A stretch of DNA of 64,000 nt, from positions 1 through 64,000 of the forward strand of contig CAXXNO010000001.1 in NCBI GenBank assembly GCA_963663235.2, in the 5' to 3' direction. The position numbers and the translations under genes are program-made. This document shows, piece after piece, positions 1 through 12,529 of the stretch. The notes under the pieces were generated by a model, which had not been told where the DNA came from, searched no databases, and worked only from the letters and a program-made list of their open reading frames with translations. Each line of letters starts with the position of its first letter. The stretch's first letter is position 1. Source of the DNA: Dehalococcoidia bacterium. Its GTDB lineage: Bacteria > Chloroflexota > Dehalococcoidia > Bin125.

Positions 1-63
1 TTCTGGGAGATGTACGGCTATCACATGCGCGGCGACCCTTGGCAGGAAGAGCGCTACGGCTGA
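1..63 (+). CDS. 3' end of sulfite oxidase-like molybdopterin oxidoreductase (partial)
   Basis: Frame 1 reads FWEMYGYHMRGDPWQEERYG*, the characteristic C-terminal (G)FWExxGYHxxGDPWxEERY motif of this family. Confidence 0.75.
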   Translation, partial: FWEMYGYHMRGDPWQEERYG

Positions 64-246
64 CCCCCCGCTGTCGGCGCCGAGCAGCGGGGCTCGCCGC
101 CGGTTCCGCCCCGCAGTTGTGCCGGCGCTGGGGCGCTGGGGTCGTCGGCACGGCCTTCCGTGGCATGATTATCTCGGCGCTTACCGCCGACGTTCCGATC
201 CAGGGATTGTGCGCGGCGTCACAACGAAGGCGTTGGACCCTCGCGC

Positions 247-276
247 TTGACACTCTGGAAGCGTCGGTCGTATGTT
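247..276 (+). promoter_or_regulatory. sigma70-type promoter of the 23S rRNA unit
   Basis: TTGACA (247-252), 18-nt spacer, TATGTT (271-276), about 200 nt upstream of 23S; boxA-like GTACCTTTACAGTTGAATAG at about 342-361. Confidence 0.7.
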
Positions 277-474
277 CTATCGGTTGCCGATTTACCGTCG
301 GGCGGCTGGTTGTTGCATCGAAGCCCTTGGGTTCGGCAGCGGTACCTTTACAGTTGAATAGAGCGTGAGAGTGTAATTGAACACCTGCGTAGGTGGAAAT
401 AGCGACTGGGCGTCGGCGACCGCGTCGAAAGCCAGCCGCTGGCTGAAGGTGGTGCACGCTGAGACCGTAGAGTA

Positions 475-3464
<2,990 letters not shown>

Positions 3465-3522
3465 TACTCTGCGGCCTCGGCCGTGCCCCCTTCAGCCATC
3501 TCTCCGCTCTATTCACTGGCGT

Positions 3523-3597
<75 letters not shown>

Positions 3598-3605
3598 ACG
3601 AACGC

Positions 3606-3637
3606 CAAAGGGCCGGTCCAGGGGGACCGGCCCTTTG
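3606..3637. terminator. Intrinsic, probably bidirectional terminator
   Basis: Perfect 14-bp inverted repeat CAAAGGGCCGGTCC-AGGG-GGACCGGCCCTTTG between the tRNA and a convergent CDS. Confidence 0.8.
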
Positions 3638-3661
3638 TTCGTGTTCTCGGCGGCCGCGCCC

Positions 3662-5603
3662 CTACTCCACGACGATCATCACCACCACAAACAGCAGCCC
3701 GCCGTTGGAGTTCACCGAGATCCGCCCCGTGAAAGTCCCCGGCCGCTGCCCGCTGCGGTCGACGGTGAACCGCACTTCCGCCTCCCCACTCCGCCCCGTG
3801 CACGGGCCGCCGCAGTCGACTTGTAGCCACGGCTCCCGTTCGCTCACGCTCCAGGTCAGGGGGCCGCCCTCCGGATGCACATCGCGGATCCGGAACGTCC
3901 CCGTGACGCCGCCGGCGCCCAAGTCAACCAGCAGCGGCTGCACATCCAGCACGGGCCCCAACGTGAACGCCGCCGTGATCGACGCGGGCCTGTCCGGCAT
4001 CGTGTAGCTCGTCGCCTCGCACAGCCGGCAGCCCACGGCCGACGAGGTCCCCGACCAACCGCCGAACACCTGGCCGCCACTCGGCACCGCCCGCGCAACG
4101 AACACCGCGCCTTGCTCGTAGCTTCCGGAGCCGCACCCCGGAGAGCGGTCCGGCTCCAAGACCACCTCGCCTACGCCATCCACCAGGATGTTGAGCCTTC
4201 GGCACGCCACCTCCTGAACAAACAGGGCCCGCACCGTGGCCACGCTGCCCGGCATGGTATAGCTGCTGCTATTGCAGTTGGGGCAGCTGATCTCCGGAGC
4301 CGTCGCCTCCCACACGGCGAAAATCCAGCTTGCCGCGGGCGTGCCGGTGATCGAGACCACGGTTGCGGCCCGGTACTCTCCGACGGGGCAGCCCAACGAG
4401 GACGCCGGCAACGACGTCACCGTCCCTTCGCCGCCCCCTACCTGGACCGTTAAGGGGTGGCACGGCCCTTGCGAGAAGTCGCCCAGCACCGTCGCGGCGC
4501 TGCCCGGCATGGTAAACGTCGTGAGCTCGCAGTCCCGGCAGCCCAACTGACCCGCGGCCGCGGTCCAGGCCACGAACACGGAGCCGCCGGCCGGCTCCGC
4601 CACCAGGCCGAGCACCTCGCCCACGGTGTACAAGCCGGTGGCGCAGCCCTCCGATTGGGCCGGGGTGACCGTGCGGGAGCCCGTCCCCGTGCCACCCCCG
4701 CCGAAGCTGAACGGGAAGCACGTGGAGCCTGCGACAAAGCCCGCGGTCACGCGATCGCGATGCTGGGCATGACCAGCGTCGCCGCGGCGCAACTCCCACA
4801 GTCCAGCACCGGCCCGAGCGTGGTGCTCCAGCCGCCGAAGAAAACGCCGGTCCTGGGGGTCGCCGTCAGCACGATCGTCTCTCCGGGCTGGTACTCGTTT
4901 TCTCCGCAGCCCTCAGACTGCAGCGGGCTTGGCGCGACGCTCCCGCTGCCGCTCGTCAGCATCTGCAGCGGCAGACACGGAGTCGATCGGGTGAAGCGCG
5001 CCGTCACCGTCGCCTCCGCGGCGGGCATGACGTACGTCGTCACTGGGCAGCGCTCGCAGCCCACGCCGGAGGGGAGGGCGCTCCAGCGGGGAAATGCGAC
5101 GAACCCTCGTCCGCGGTCGCCACCAGCGTCACAAGCTCTCCCTCCAGGTATTCGCCCGCCCCGCAGTCCAGCGATTGCGGCGGGTCGCTGCGGGCTGCTC
5201 CGCTCCCGATCACCGCCACTGTCAGAGGGAAACACGCGGGCGCCGTGAAGCGCGCGCTCAGCGTGGTCGCTTGCGCCGGCATGATGAATGTTGTCAGGGA
5301 GCAATCGGGGCAGGCCACAGTCTCCGCACCCAACGTCCAGACGTCCAGCGCCGAGTCGCCGTCCGGGATCGCCGTGAGCGTGATCCCCTGCCCCGCCCGG
5401 TACTCCAGCACCTCACACCCTACCGATTGAGTCGGCGCGACACGGAAGCGCCCGTTGCCCTCGCTCTGGATCCGCAACGAGAAGCAGTCCGGCGTCTGGC
5501 CTTCAGCGGTCGACGATCCACCGATCGAGAGCACGAGCGCCGCGACGACGGCCGGCGCAAGGATCCCCCCGAGCGCGATCAGAATTCGCCAGCGATGTCG
5601 CAC
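3662..5603 (-). pseudogene. Secreted Cys-rich repeat protein (six InlB-B-like repeats plus C-terminal BACON-like domain), two frameshifts
   Basis: ORFs 5040-5678, 4747-5304 and 3662-4792 join into one protein: signal/TM segment MRHRWRILIALGG..., six ~85-aa repeats (C..L....G.G.V...P..S.GC....Y..G..V.L.A.P..G..F..W...CxxC..T...MP.....V.A.F), then PLTWSVSEREPWL...VRFTVDR. Shifts near 5100 and 4755 may be sequencing errors. Confidence 0.7.
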
Positions 5604-5700
5604 AATGCCACCCCCCGGGGATCTCTTAGCCGACCTTGGCGCCCCTCTCACCTTAGGCGCTGATCCTGTCGACCGCACTGCGATCGGGCCCGCTCACCCC

Positions 5701-6336
5701 TTAGAGCACTTTGGCCAGATCCGCGTCGGAGCCAGCGAAGACCAGCCGGTCCCCCGCCTCGATGATCTGGGAGCGCAGCGGGTTGAGCTGGACCGTGCGG
5801 TCCCGCACCACCATGAGCAGACGGCGCGTCCCCGCCCCCTCCTCCACCAGCCGCTGCAGCGGCTGCCCCACCAGCTCCGCCGGCGGGAGAAAGACGCCCA
5901 CGCCGTATTCGGCGGTCAGCGGCAAGTAGTCCTGCATTCCCCGCACCCGCACCACATGGGCGAATCGCTCGCCCCCTTCCTCCTCCGGGATCACCACCTG
6001 CTGCGCGCCGATCCGGCGCAGAATCGTAGCGTGCCGGTCGTTGGCGGCTTTGGCGTAGATCGTGGGGACGCCCAGCGCCTGCAGGTTCAGCGTCGCCAGC
6101 ACGCTGGCCTCCACGTCCGCCGTCGCCACCACGCCCACCTCGAACTGCCCCAGCCCCACGCCCTCCAGCGCTTCATCGTCGGTGATGTCCAGGATCACCG
6201 CCTTCGTCACTTCGTCCGCCATGTCCTGCACAATGCGCTCGTCTCGGTCGATGGCCAGCACCTCATGCCCCTGCTCGGTCAGGGTGCGCGCCAGCTCCCG
6301 GCCAAAGCGACCCAGGCCCAGCACTCCAATCTGCAT
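5701..6336 (-). CDS. ktrA: TrkA/KtrA-family potassium uptake regulatory subunit
   Basis: N-terminal GVLGLGRFG Rossmann motif, VLAIDRD, RCK N and C domains. Confidence 0.9.
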   Translation of the reverse strand: MQIGVLGLGRFGRELARTLTEQGHEVLAIDRDERIVQDMADEVTKAVILDITDDEALEGVGLGQFEVGVVATADVEASVLATLNLQALGVPTIYAKAANDRHATILRRIGAQQVVIPEEEGGERFAHVVRVRGMQDYLPLTAEYGVGVFLPPAELVGQPLQRLVEEGAGTRRLLMVVRDRTVQLNPLRSQIIEAGDRLVFAGSDADLAKVL

Positions 6337-6355
6337 CGCCTGCTCCTTCCGTGCG

Positions 6356-7759
6356 CTAGCCGATCCGCACGCCTTCGGCCGGATATTGATAGCGCGCCTC
6401 CGGCCGCTCCGGCACCGACAGCGCCACCAGCAGGGGCCCCAAGCGCCCCACGAACATCAGCACCACCAGGATGACGGCACCGGCCGTGGACAGAGCCGGC
6501 GTCGCCCCCTGGCTCCAGCCTACGTTGGCCAGCGCGGACATCACCTCAAACAGCAGCGGCAGGAAGGGGATGTCGTCGGTGAGCGCCACCAGCCACACCC
6601 CCACCAGGAGGGTCGCCAGCCCCAACACCGTCACCGCCCCGGCGCGCAGGACGATCACCTGCGGGATCTCCCGCCCGAAGGCCTCCGCCCCCCGCCGTCC
6701 GCGCAGGCTGGAGAGCACGGCGATCAGGCTGACCATGAACGCGCCCATCTTGATGCCGCCGGCCGTCGACGTGGACGCACCCCCGATGAACATCAGCGCC
6801 AACAGCACCACCGTCGTCGAATCCCGGATCGTGCCCATGTCCACCGTGGTCATCCCGGTGATGCGGTTGACCGAGAGGAAGAAGCTGTTGGCCACGGCGT
6901 CGCCGACGCCGAGGCCGTCCAGCACCCGCCCCCCCTGCACCTCGCCGGCCAGGAACACCACCATGCCGACCAGCAGCAGCGCCGTCATGCCGATGATCAC
7001 CAGCCGCGTATCGAGCCGCCACCGCCGTGGGCGGCGCCGGAGGCTGAACACCGTGACGAAGGAGAGGCTACCCAGGAACGCGGCGATCCCCATGACCACG
7101 ATCGGATACGGCGACTCAACCTGGCCCGTGAAACTCATGCGCCCACCCATAAGATCGAAGCCGGCGTTGTTGAAGGCGGAGACGGCGTGAAAGAGGCTTT
7201 TCCACACGGCCCGGCCCTCGGCCGCTTGGTCGAGGAACCAGGGCAACAGCAAGAGAAACGCCACCAATTCGATGATGACCGTGAACAGCATGACCCGGCG
7301 CAGCAGCCGCCGGACGTCGTGCTCGCCCACCGCCATCATTTCCATCCCGAAGAACTCGCGGCCTCGCAGGCCGAAGCGCTGCCCCACGATCAGCAGGATG
7401 GCGCCCGCGTACATGGTCACGCCGAGCCCACCCGCCTGAAACAGCCCCAGGATCACGATCTCGCCGAAGCCGCTCCAGTGCTCGGCGGTGTCGAACCGGA
7501 CGAGTCCGGTGACGGACACCGCCGACGTCGCCGTGAACAGCGCGTCCCAGCCGTCCGTCCAGGTCCGCGATTCCGAGGCGGCCGGCAGGGACAGCAAGAG
7601 CGTCCCCAGCCCGATCACGAGCGCGAAGGCGCCGGGGATCATCCAGAGCTTGGGGGTAAAACGGAGCCGCCGACGGCGCGGCACCTGCAAGACCTCCGGG
7701 TGGACCCGCGTCCGGCGCAGCACCACGTTGCCGGGACGTCGACGGTCGCCCTGCCTCAT
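6356..7759 (-). CDS. ktrB: TrkH/KtrB-family potassium uptake membrane subunit
   Basis: DALFTATSAVSVTGL, FHAVSAFNNAGF, LMFIGGASTSTAGGIK and LMFVGRLGP pore-loop motifs. Confidence 0.92.
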   Translation of the reverse strand: MRQGDRRRPGNVVLRRTRVHPEVLQVPRRRRLRFTPKLWMIPGAFALVIGLGTLLLSLPAASESRTWTDGWDALFTATSAVSVTGLVRFDTAEHWSGFGEIVILGLFQAGGLGVTMYAGAILLIVGQRFGLRGREFFGMEMMAVGEHDVRRLLRRVMLFTVIIELVAFLLLLPWFLDQAAEGRAVWKSLFHAVSAFNNAGFDLMGGRMSFTGQVESPYPIVVMGIAAFLGSLSFVTVFSLRRRPRRWRLDTRLVIIGMTALLLVGMVVFLAGEVQGGRVLDGLGVGDAVANSFFLSVNRITGMTTVDMGTIRDSTTVVLLALMFIGGASTSTAGGIKMGAFMVSLIAVLSSLRGRRGAEAFGREIPQVIVLRAGAVTVLGLATLLVGVWLVALTDDIPFLPLLFEVMSALANVGWSQGATPALSTAGAVILVVLMFVGRLGPLLVALSVPERPEARYQYPAEGVRIG

Positions 7760-7919
7760 GCGTCGCACTCACCCGCCGCGGCGGCCCGTGCCCTCCCCGG
7801 CATCCTCACCACTCATTAATGCTACGGCGCGCTCTGCTCTGGCGATACTCTGACGCGTCCGTCCCAGGGAACGCGCGGCGCTCCCTGGTTCGAAACGGAC
7901 CGTGTTAGCCTGCCTCCAT

Positions 7920-7995
7920 GCCCCCATCGTCTAGAGGCCTAGGACGCCAGCCTTTCAAGCTGGTAACGGGGATTCGAATTCCCCTGGGGGTACCA
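7920..7995 (+). tRNA. tRNA-Glu (TTC)
   Basis: GCCCCCA acceptor stem, anticodon arm CCAGC-CTTTCAA-GCTGG, GGGGATTCGAATTCCCC T-arm, CCA end. Confidence 0.96.
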
Positions 7996-8051
7996 GTCCA
8001 AACTGCCGCCATAACGGCGCAGCCAGTCGGCGCCGAGCAGACACCGGAACG

Positions 8052-8990
8052 TCAGTCGAACATTGCCGCGACGCGCCGGACGGCCTCCGGCTGATTCTTG
8101 ATCGTGAGGAGCGTCGAGACCGTGAGGGTCACACCCGCAGCCTCCCACGCGTCAACCTTCTCGCGCACCTGGGACGGCGTGCCGAAGATCCCGATGTCCT
8201 CCGCCATCCGCTCCGAAATCGCAGCCTCGACGCCGACGCGGTCCCCGGCCTCAATCGCGGCCAGCGCGCGCCGGGCTTCTTCCTCGTACCCCGCTTCCGC
8301 GAAGTAGGCCCGGAAGCTCGCCAGCCCCATGTGCAACCCAAGGAAGCGCCGCACGAACGCCAGCCCCTCGGCGCGCTCGTCCGTGATCCAGATGGGGGCG
8401 ACGTTCCCCAAGACAAAGCGCTGCCGTTTCTCCGCCGGGATCTCCTTGACTAACGCCGACATATCGGAAAGGGCCCAGTTGGCGCCCAGGGCGCCATCGG
8501 CGATCTCGGCGGCAAGACGGATCATGCGGCGGCGCACGGCGGCGATGTGGATGGGCGGGAGCGGCTGGCGCGGCGCCGCGGCGCGAAGACGCTCCACGTA
8601 CCGCCGCATGTGCGCCAGCGGTCTCTCCAGTTGGATGTCGAAGCGCCGCAGGATCTCGTCCACGCCGGTCCCGAGGCCCAAGACGAAGCGGCCGTCGCTG
8701 ATCTCGTGGTTGAACGACGCCGCCGCCGCTGTGTCGGCCGGATGGCGCAGGTAGGTGACGCTGATCCCCGTCCCGACGCGGATCTCATCGGTCGCCTGCA
8801 CGATGGCCGTGCTGAGGCTCAGGGCGTCGTAGAGTTCCGCGATGTTCGCGACCCACTCGCCCTCCGGGAGGCCGTAGTCGTACGGGCACAGCACCTGAGG
8901 AAAGCCGCGCCGTTCCAACTCACAGGCGACCTCAATCGCAGCCTTCCGCGCTCCCGGCTCAGCGGCAACGATGAATCCCGGCTTCGACAT
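8052..8990 (-). CDS. LLM-class flavin/F420-dependent oxidoreductase
   Basis: AE..GF..V, T..IRVGTGI...Y.RHP, S.GRFVLGLG.G and MIRLAAEIADG motifs; start at MSKPGF. Confidence 0.85.
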   Translation of the reverse strand: MSKPGFIVAAEPGARKAAIEVACELERRGFPQVLCPYDYGLPEGEWVANIAELYDALSLSTAIVQATDEIRVGTGISVTYLRHPADTAAAASFNHEISDGRFVLGLGTGVDEILRRFDIQLERPLAHMRRYVERLRAAAPRQPLPPIHIAAVRRRMIRLAAEIADGALGANWALSDMSALVKEIPAEKRQRFVLGNVAPIWITDERAEGLAFVRRFLGLHMGLASFRAYFAEAGYEEEARRALAAIEAGDRVGVEAAISERMAEDIGIFGTPSQVREKVDAWEAAGVTLTVSTLLTIKNQPEAVRRVAAMFD

Positions 8991-9018
8991 ATCAGCATGC
9001 TTCCACGACCGAGCGCTC

Positions 9019-10104
9019 TTAGTCTCCGCTGAGGTGCGCGACGCGGGGCATGACCTCCTTGGCGAGCAGCTGCATCGACCGGCGCCACGGCTCGGGGTTG
9101 TCGGCATAGTCGAAGCAGAACAGCAGCAGGAGGCCAAATCCGCCGACCTCCGCGTAGACCTTCTCGATCTTCCCGGCCACGGTCTCAGGCGAGCCGATGA
9201 ACCAGTTGTTCTCCGCGCAGTACTCGACGGTGACCTCGTCGTCGGGGATGGAGGGATCCGCCTTCAGGAAGCGTTTGAAGTCGAAGGCGTCGAGGAGGCG
9301 CAGGAAGTAGTCGCGCATCATCCGGCCCATCATGCCGCCGACGGACTGCTCCCAGGCCTCCTCATCCGTGTCGGCCACGAAGATCTCCCGCACCATGCGC
9401 CAATCGCGCCGGGTCACGTCGCGCCCGGCCCGCGCAGCGCCGGCCGCGTAGGAGTCCCAGTGGCCCTTCACGTAGCCGGGGTTGAGGTTGAGGCTCATGG
9501 GGATCCAGCCCCGCTCGCCGGCCATCTCGAGGGTGGGTGACGGCGATGAGAGGCCGGCCACGCCGATGGGTGGGTGGGGCTGCTGGAGCGGCTTGATGTG
9601 GTGGTAGAGGCCGGGCTCCGCGGGCTGCGGCACCGCGGCCTTCCAGTACTTGCCCCGGTGGACCCAGCCGGGCTCCTGGGTCCACAGGTTGAGGATGCAA
9701 TCGATGGACTCGCGGGTCATCTCCCGGTTCTCGCCCGCCAGGCCGTCGATCTGGAACATTTCCCAGTCGCTGGGCAGGGCCGATGCGGCAATGCCGAAGT
9801 TCAGCCGCCCGCGCGAGATGTGATCCAGCATCGCCACGCGGTTCGCCAGTTCGGCCGGGTGGTGATACGGCACCAGGAAGCCGCCGGGGCCGATGCGCAT
9901 GGTCTTGGTGGCGCGGAGCGCTTCGACCACGAGCAAGTCGGGCGCGGGATGGGGCTCCCACACGTCGGCGTGGTGCTCGCCGACCCACGCTTCCTGGAAG
10001 CCGTACTCGTCGGCCCAGATCATGGTCTGGAGGTCGAAGTCGTGCCCGTCTTCGAGGCTGCGCTCCGGCGGATGGCTGGGCATGGTGAACATTCCGAGCT
10101 TCAT
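9019..10104 (-). CDS. LLM-class flavin-dependent monooxygenase (limonene/diketocamphane monooxygenase-like)
   Basis: MKLGMFTMPSHPP, GFQEAWVGEHH, YHHPAELANRVAMLDHISRGRLNFG, KPLQQPHPPI. Confidence 0.9.
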   Translation of the reverse strand: MKLGMFTMPSHPPERSLEDGHDFDLQTMIWADEYGFQEAWVGEHHADVWEPHPAPDLLVVEALRATKTMRIGPGGFLVPYHHPAELANRVAMLDHISRGRLNFGIAASALPSDWEMFQIDGLAGENREMTRESIDCILNLWTQEPGWVHRGKYWKAAVPQPAEPGLYHHIKPLQQPHPPIGVAGLSSPSPTLEMAGERGWIPMSLNLNPGYVKGHWDSYAAGAARAGRDVTRRDWRMVREIFVADTDEEAWEQSVGGMMGRMMRDYFLRLLDAFDFKRFLKADPSIPDDEVTVEYCAENNWFIGSPETVAGKIEKVYAEVGGFGLLLLFCFDYADNPEPWRRSMQLLAKEVMPRVAHLSGD

Positions 10105-10279
10105 CGGTCCGCCCCCTCGTCTCTGCGCCCGCGCGCGGCCATCTTGACAGGCGGCCGGTCGAAAGTCTGCCGCCAGCAAGGACGCAGATGATGGTGTCGA
10201 AGGCGGCCCCTCGCCGATGGGCGCCGGCGGGGCCGTCCCTGGTGCGGATTCTAGCGCGGCCGCGTTGAACCGGATCCGG

Positions 10280-11716
10280 TCAGCCGCGGAAGAGGCCGCG
10301 GCGGGGCGAGAACCGGCGGCCGACGGTGTCGCCGCTCCACGGCAGGCGCACGCTGAACGCCGACCCTTCGCCCGGGGTGGAGACAACGTCGATCGTGCCG
10401 CCGTGCCGTTCGACGATCGCCCGCGCGATGGCGAGGCCGAGCCCGCTGTTCCCGGCCGCCCGCGCCCGCGCTTTGTCGACGCGCGCGAAGCGCTCGAAGA
10501 TGCGCTCCTGATCAGCCGGATCGATGCCCGGGCCGTCATCGCTCACTTGCAGAAGCGCGTGGGCGCCGTCCGCCCGAACGGACACCTGGACCGTGGCGCC
10601 CGAGCTGCAGTGCGTGATGGCGTTATCGACCAGGATCCGCGCCACCTGCAGCAGCGCCGCTTGGTCCCCCACGACTTCCACGCCCGCCTCCTCCGCGATC
10701 TGAAGTTCGATCCCAGCGGCGCGCGCGGCCGGCGTCAGGGCGCGGACCGCCGATTCCGCGATCGCGCGGAGGTCCACGGCGGCGCCATCGAGCCGGAGTT
10801 GCTCGCCGGCGCCGAGGTCCAGGAGATCGCGCACGAGGGCGGCCATGCGGCCGGTCTCCTCCGCGATGCCTCGGACCACTTCGTCCTCATCGGCGATGCG
10901 GTGATCGGGGTGGCGAAGGAGCACGTCGGCCGAGGTTTGGATCACGGCGATCGGCGTTCGCAGCTCGTGCGAGGCATCGGCCACGAACCGTTCTTGCGCC
11001 TCCATGTTGCGGCGGATCGGCGCGAGCGCCCGGCCCGACAACCAGTAGCCGGCCACCAGGGCCAGCGCCGCCGCGGCGCCGCCCACGATCAAGAAGACCC
11101 GCAGCAGATCGGCCGCGGTCGCATCGCGATCTTCCAGCGACCGGAACGCCTGCACGTAACCGACGGGCTCACCGTCCACGCGGACGATCCGGGTGAACAG
11201 GCGCACCCGCTCCCCCTCGAACGCGAGCGTGCGACGGTCGGAGCCGTTCTCGCGCGCGGCGGCCACGGCGGGCGCGTGAGGGCTGGGCGGGATCGCGATG
11301 GTGCTCTCCAGCGGCGTCCCGTCCAGATCGAGCAGAATCTGGTGCGTGGGCACGCGGCCGGCTTCGGCAAGCTCGTGCAGCGCCCCTTCGTCGTCACTGT
11401 GCTCCGGATGCTCACCGCTCTCGTCCTCCGGTGGTACGACGATTGCGCCGTTGGTCTCGACGACGGGCAGCGGCGCGACGGTCTGACTCGGGTCCGTGAG
11501 GAGCGCCAGCCGCGGCGCGACGGCCAGCGCCTCGTCTTCCAGGGCCGCGTCCACCTGGGCGTCGAGCCGCTCCGTCATCAGCACGTAGACGCCGGCGCCC
11601 AGCGCTGTCAGCACGGCGACGAGCAGCCCGGCGTACCACGCGGTGAGGCGCAAGCGGGCTCGGGTGAAGGGGCCGGACCGGCGCGTGGGGAGCCGGGCGA
11701 CGATGCCCGCCCTCAC
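10280..11716 (-). CDS. Membrane sensor histidine kinase
   Basis: Two TM helices, H-box FVADASHELRTP, N-box DNA, G1 DDGPGI, F-box FERF, G2 GLGLAI; GTG start overlaps the regulator stop (GTGA). Confidence 0.92.
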   Translation of the reverse strand: MRAGIVARLPTRRSGPFTRARLRLTAWYAGLLVAVLTALGAGVYVLMTERLDAQVDAALEDEALAVAPRLALLTDPSQTVAPLPVVETNGAIVVPPEDESGEHPEHSDDEGALHELAEAGRVPTHQILLDLDGTPLESTIAIPPSPHAPAVAAARENGSDRRTLAFEGERVRLFTRIVRVDGEPVGYVQAFRSLEDRDATAADLLRVFLIVGGAAAALALVAGYWLSGRALAPIRRNMEAQERFVADASHELRTPIAVIQTSADVLLRHPDHRIADEDEVVRGIAEETGRMAALVRDLLDLGAGEQLRLDGAAVDLRAIAESAVRALTPAARAAGIELQIAEEAGVEVVGDQAALLQVARILVDNAITHCSSGATVQVSVRADGAHALLQVSDDGPGIDPADQERIFERFARVDKARARAAGNSGLGLAIARAIVERHGGTIDVVSTPGEGSAFSVRLPWSGDTVGRRFSPRRGLFRG

Positions 11717-12384
11717 GGCGGCGCGTCCAAGCAGTAGCCCATGCCGCGCACCGTGCGCAGCAACCGACTGGATTTGCCCAGTTTCTGGCGCAGATAGCGG
11801 ACGTAGGTCTCGACGACGTTGGATCCGCCGTCGTAGTCGTAGGACCAGACGCGGTCCAGGATCTGTGTGCGTGAGAGGACGGCGCCAGGGTTGCGCAGGA
11901 AGAGCTCCAGCAGCGCATGCTCCCGCGGCGTCAGCTCTACTAGCACCCCGTCGACGGTTACGCGTCGGGCGCGCGTGTCGAGGGTGATCGGCCCGGCCCG
12001 CAGGACGTCGCCGCCCGGCGATGCGGACGGCCGGCGGCCCAGGGCCCGGATGCGGGCCAGCAACTCCGGCATCGCGAACGGTTTGACCAGGTAGTCGTCC
12101 GCGCCGGCGTCCAAGCCCCGCACGCGGTCCCGCACCGTGCCGCGCGCCGTCAGCATGAGGATGCCCACACCGTCGCCGGCGGCGCGCTGACCCGCCGCGA
12201 TTGTGAAACCGTCCACGCCGGGCAACATCACATCCAGGATCACCACATCGAACGCGCCGGCGCCCAAGCGCGCCGCGGCCTCGTGGCCGTCCGTGACCCA
12301 CTCCACGACGTGCCCCTCTTCCTGCAGCACGCGCTTAATCAGGCGGCCCAGTCGCTCGTCGTCCTCGGCGATCAAGATATGCAT
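11713..12384 (-). CDS. OmpR/PhoB-family response regulator
   Basis: ILIAEDD, ILDVMLPG.DG, LMLTAR, GADDYLVKPF, winged-helix NVVETYVRYLRQKL, TVRGMGY. Confidence 0.95.
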   Translation of the reverse strand: MHILIAEDDERLGRLIKRVLQEEGHVVEWVTDGHEAAARLGAGAFDVVILDVMLPGVDGFTIAAGQRAAGDGVGILMLTARGTVRDRVRGLDAGADDYLVKPFAMPELLARIRALGRRPSASPGGDVLRAGPITLDTRARRVTVDGVLVELTPREHALLELFLRNPGAVLSRTQILDRVWSYDYDGGSNVVETYVRYLRQKLGKSSRLLRTVRGMGYCLDAPP

Positions 12385-12409
12385 CTCACCACCAGCATCG
12401 GCCACGGAG

Positions 12410-12468
12410 ATGAGGGCTGTGTGAGAGCCACTCGGCGAATCCTCATCGCGCGCTCACGAGGTTCTCAT
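12410..12468. promoter_or_regulatory. Candidate OmpR-family binding sites (CTCA repeats, 11-bp period)
   Basis: Plus-strand CTCA at 12442, 12453 and 12464; TGAG (minus-strand CTCA) at 12411 and 12422; lies in the divergent intergenic region. Confidence 0.55.
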
Positions 12469-12529
12469 ACGCCGCCGTCATGTTCAGCGTAGGCCCCCAA
12501 ACGGCGGGGGCCACAGCAAGGAGGACGAT

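Noticed and set aside
4747-4749. In-frame TGA in the Cys-rich repeat gene as a second selenocysteine
   Set aside because: Repeat homology continues in a different frame and the position is not a Cys column, so it is a frameshift.
7770-7919. Possible c-di-AMP (ydaO) riboswitch upstream of ktrB, and a GGTTCGAAAC-containing hairpin at about 7857-7900
   Set aside because: No ydaO consensus elements on the minus strand; the hairpin is too short for a tRNA and has no other support.
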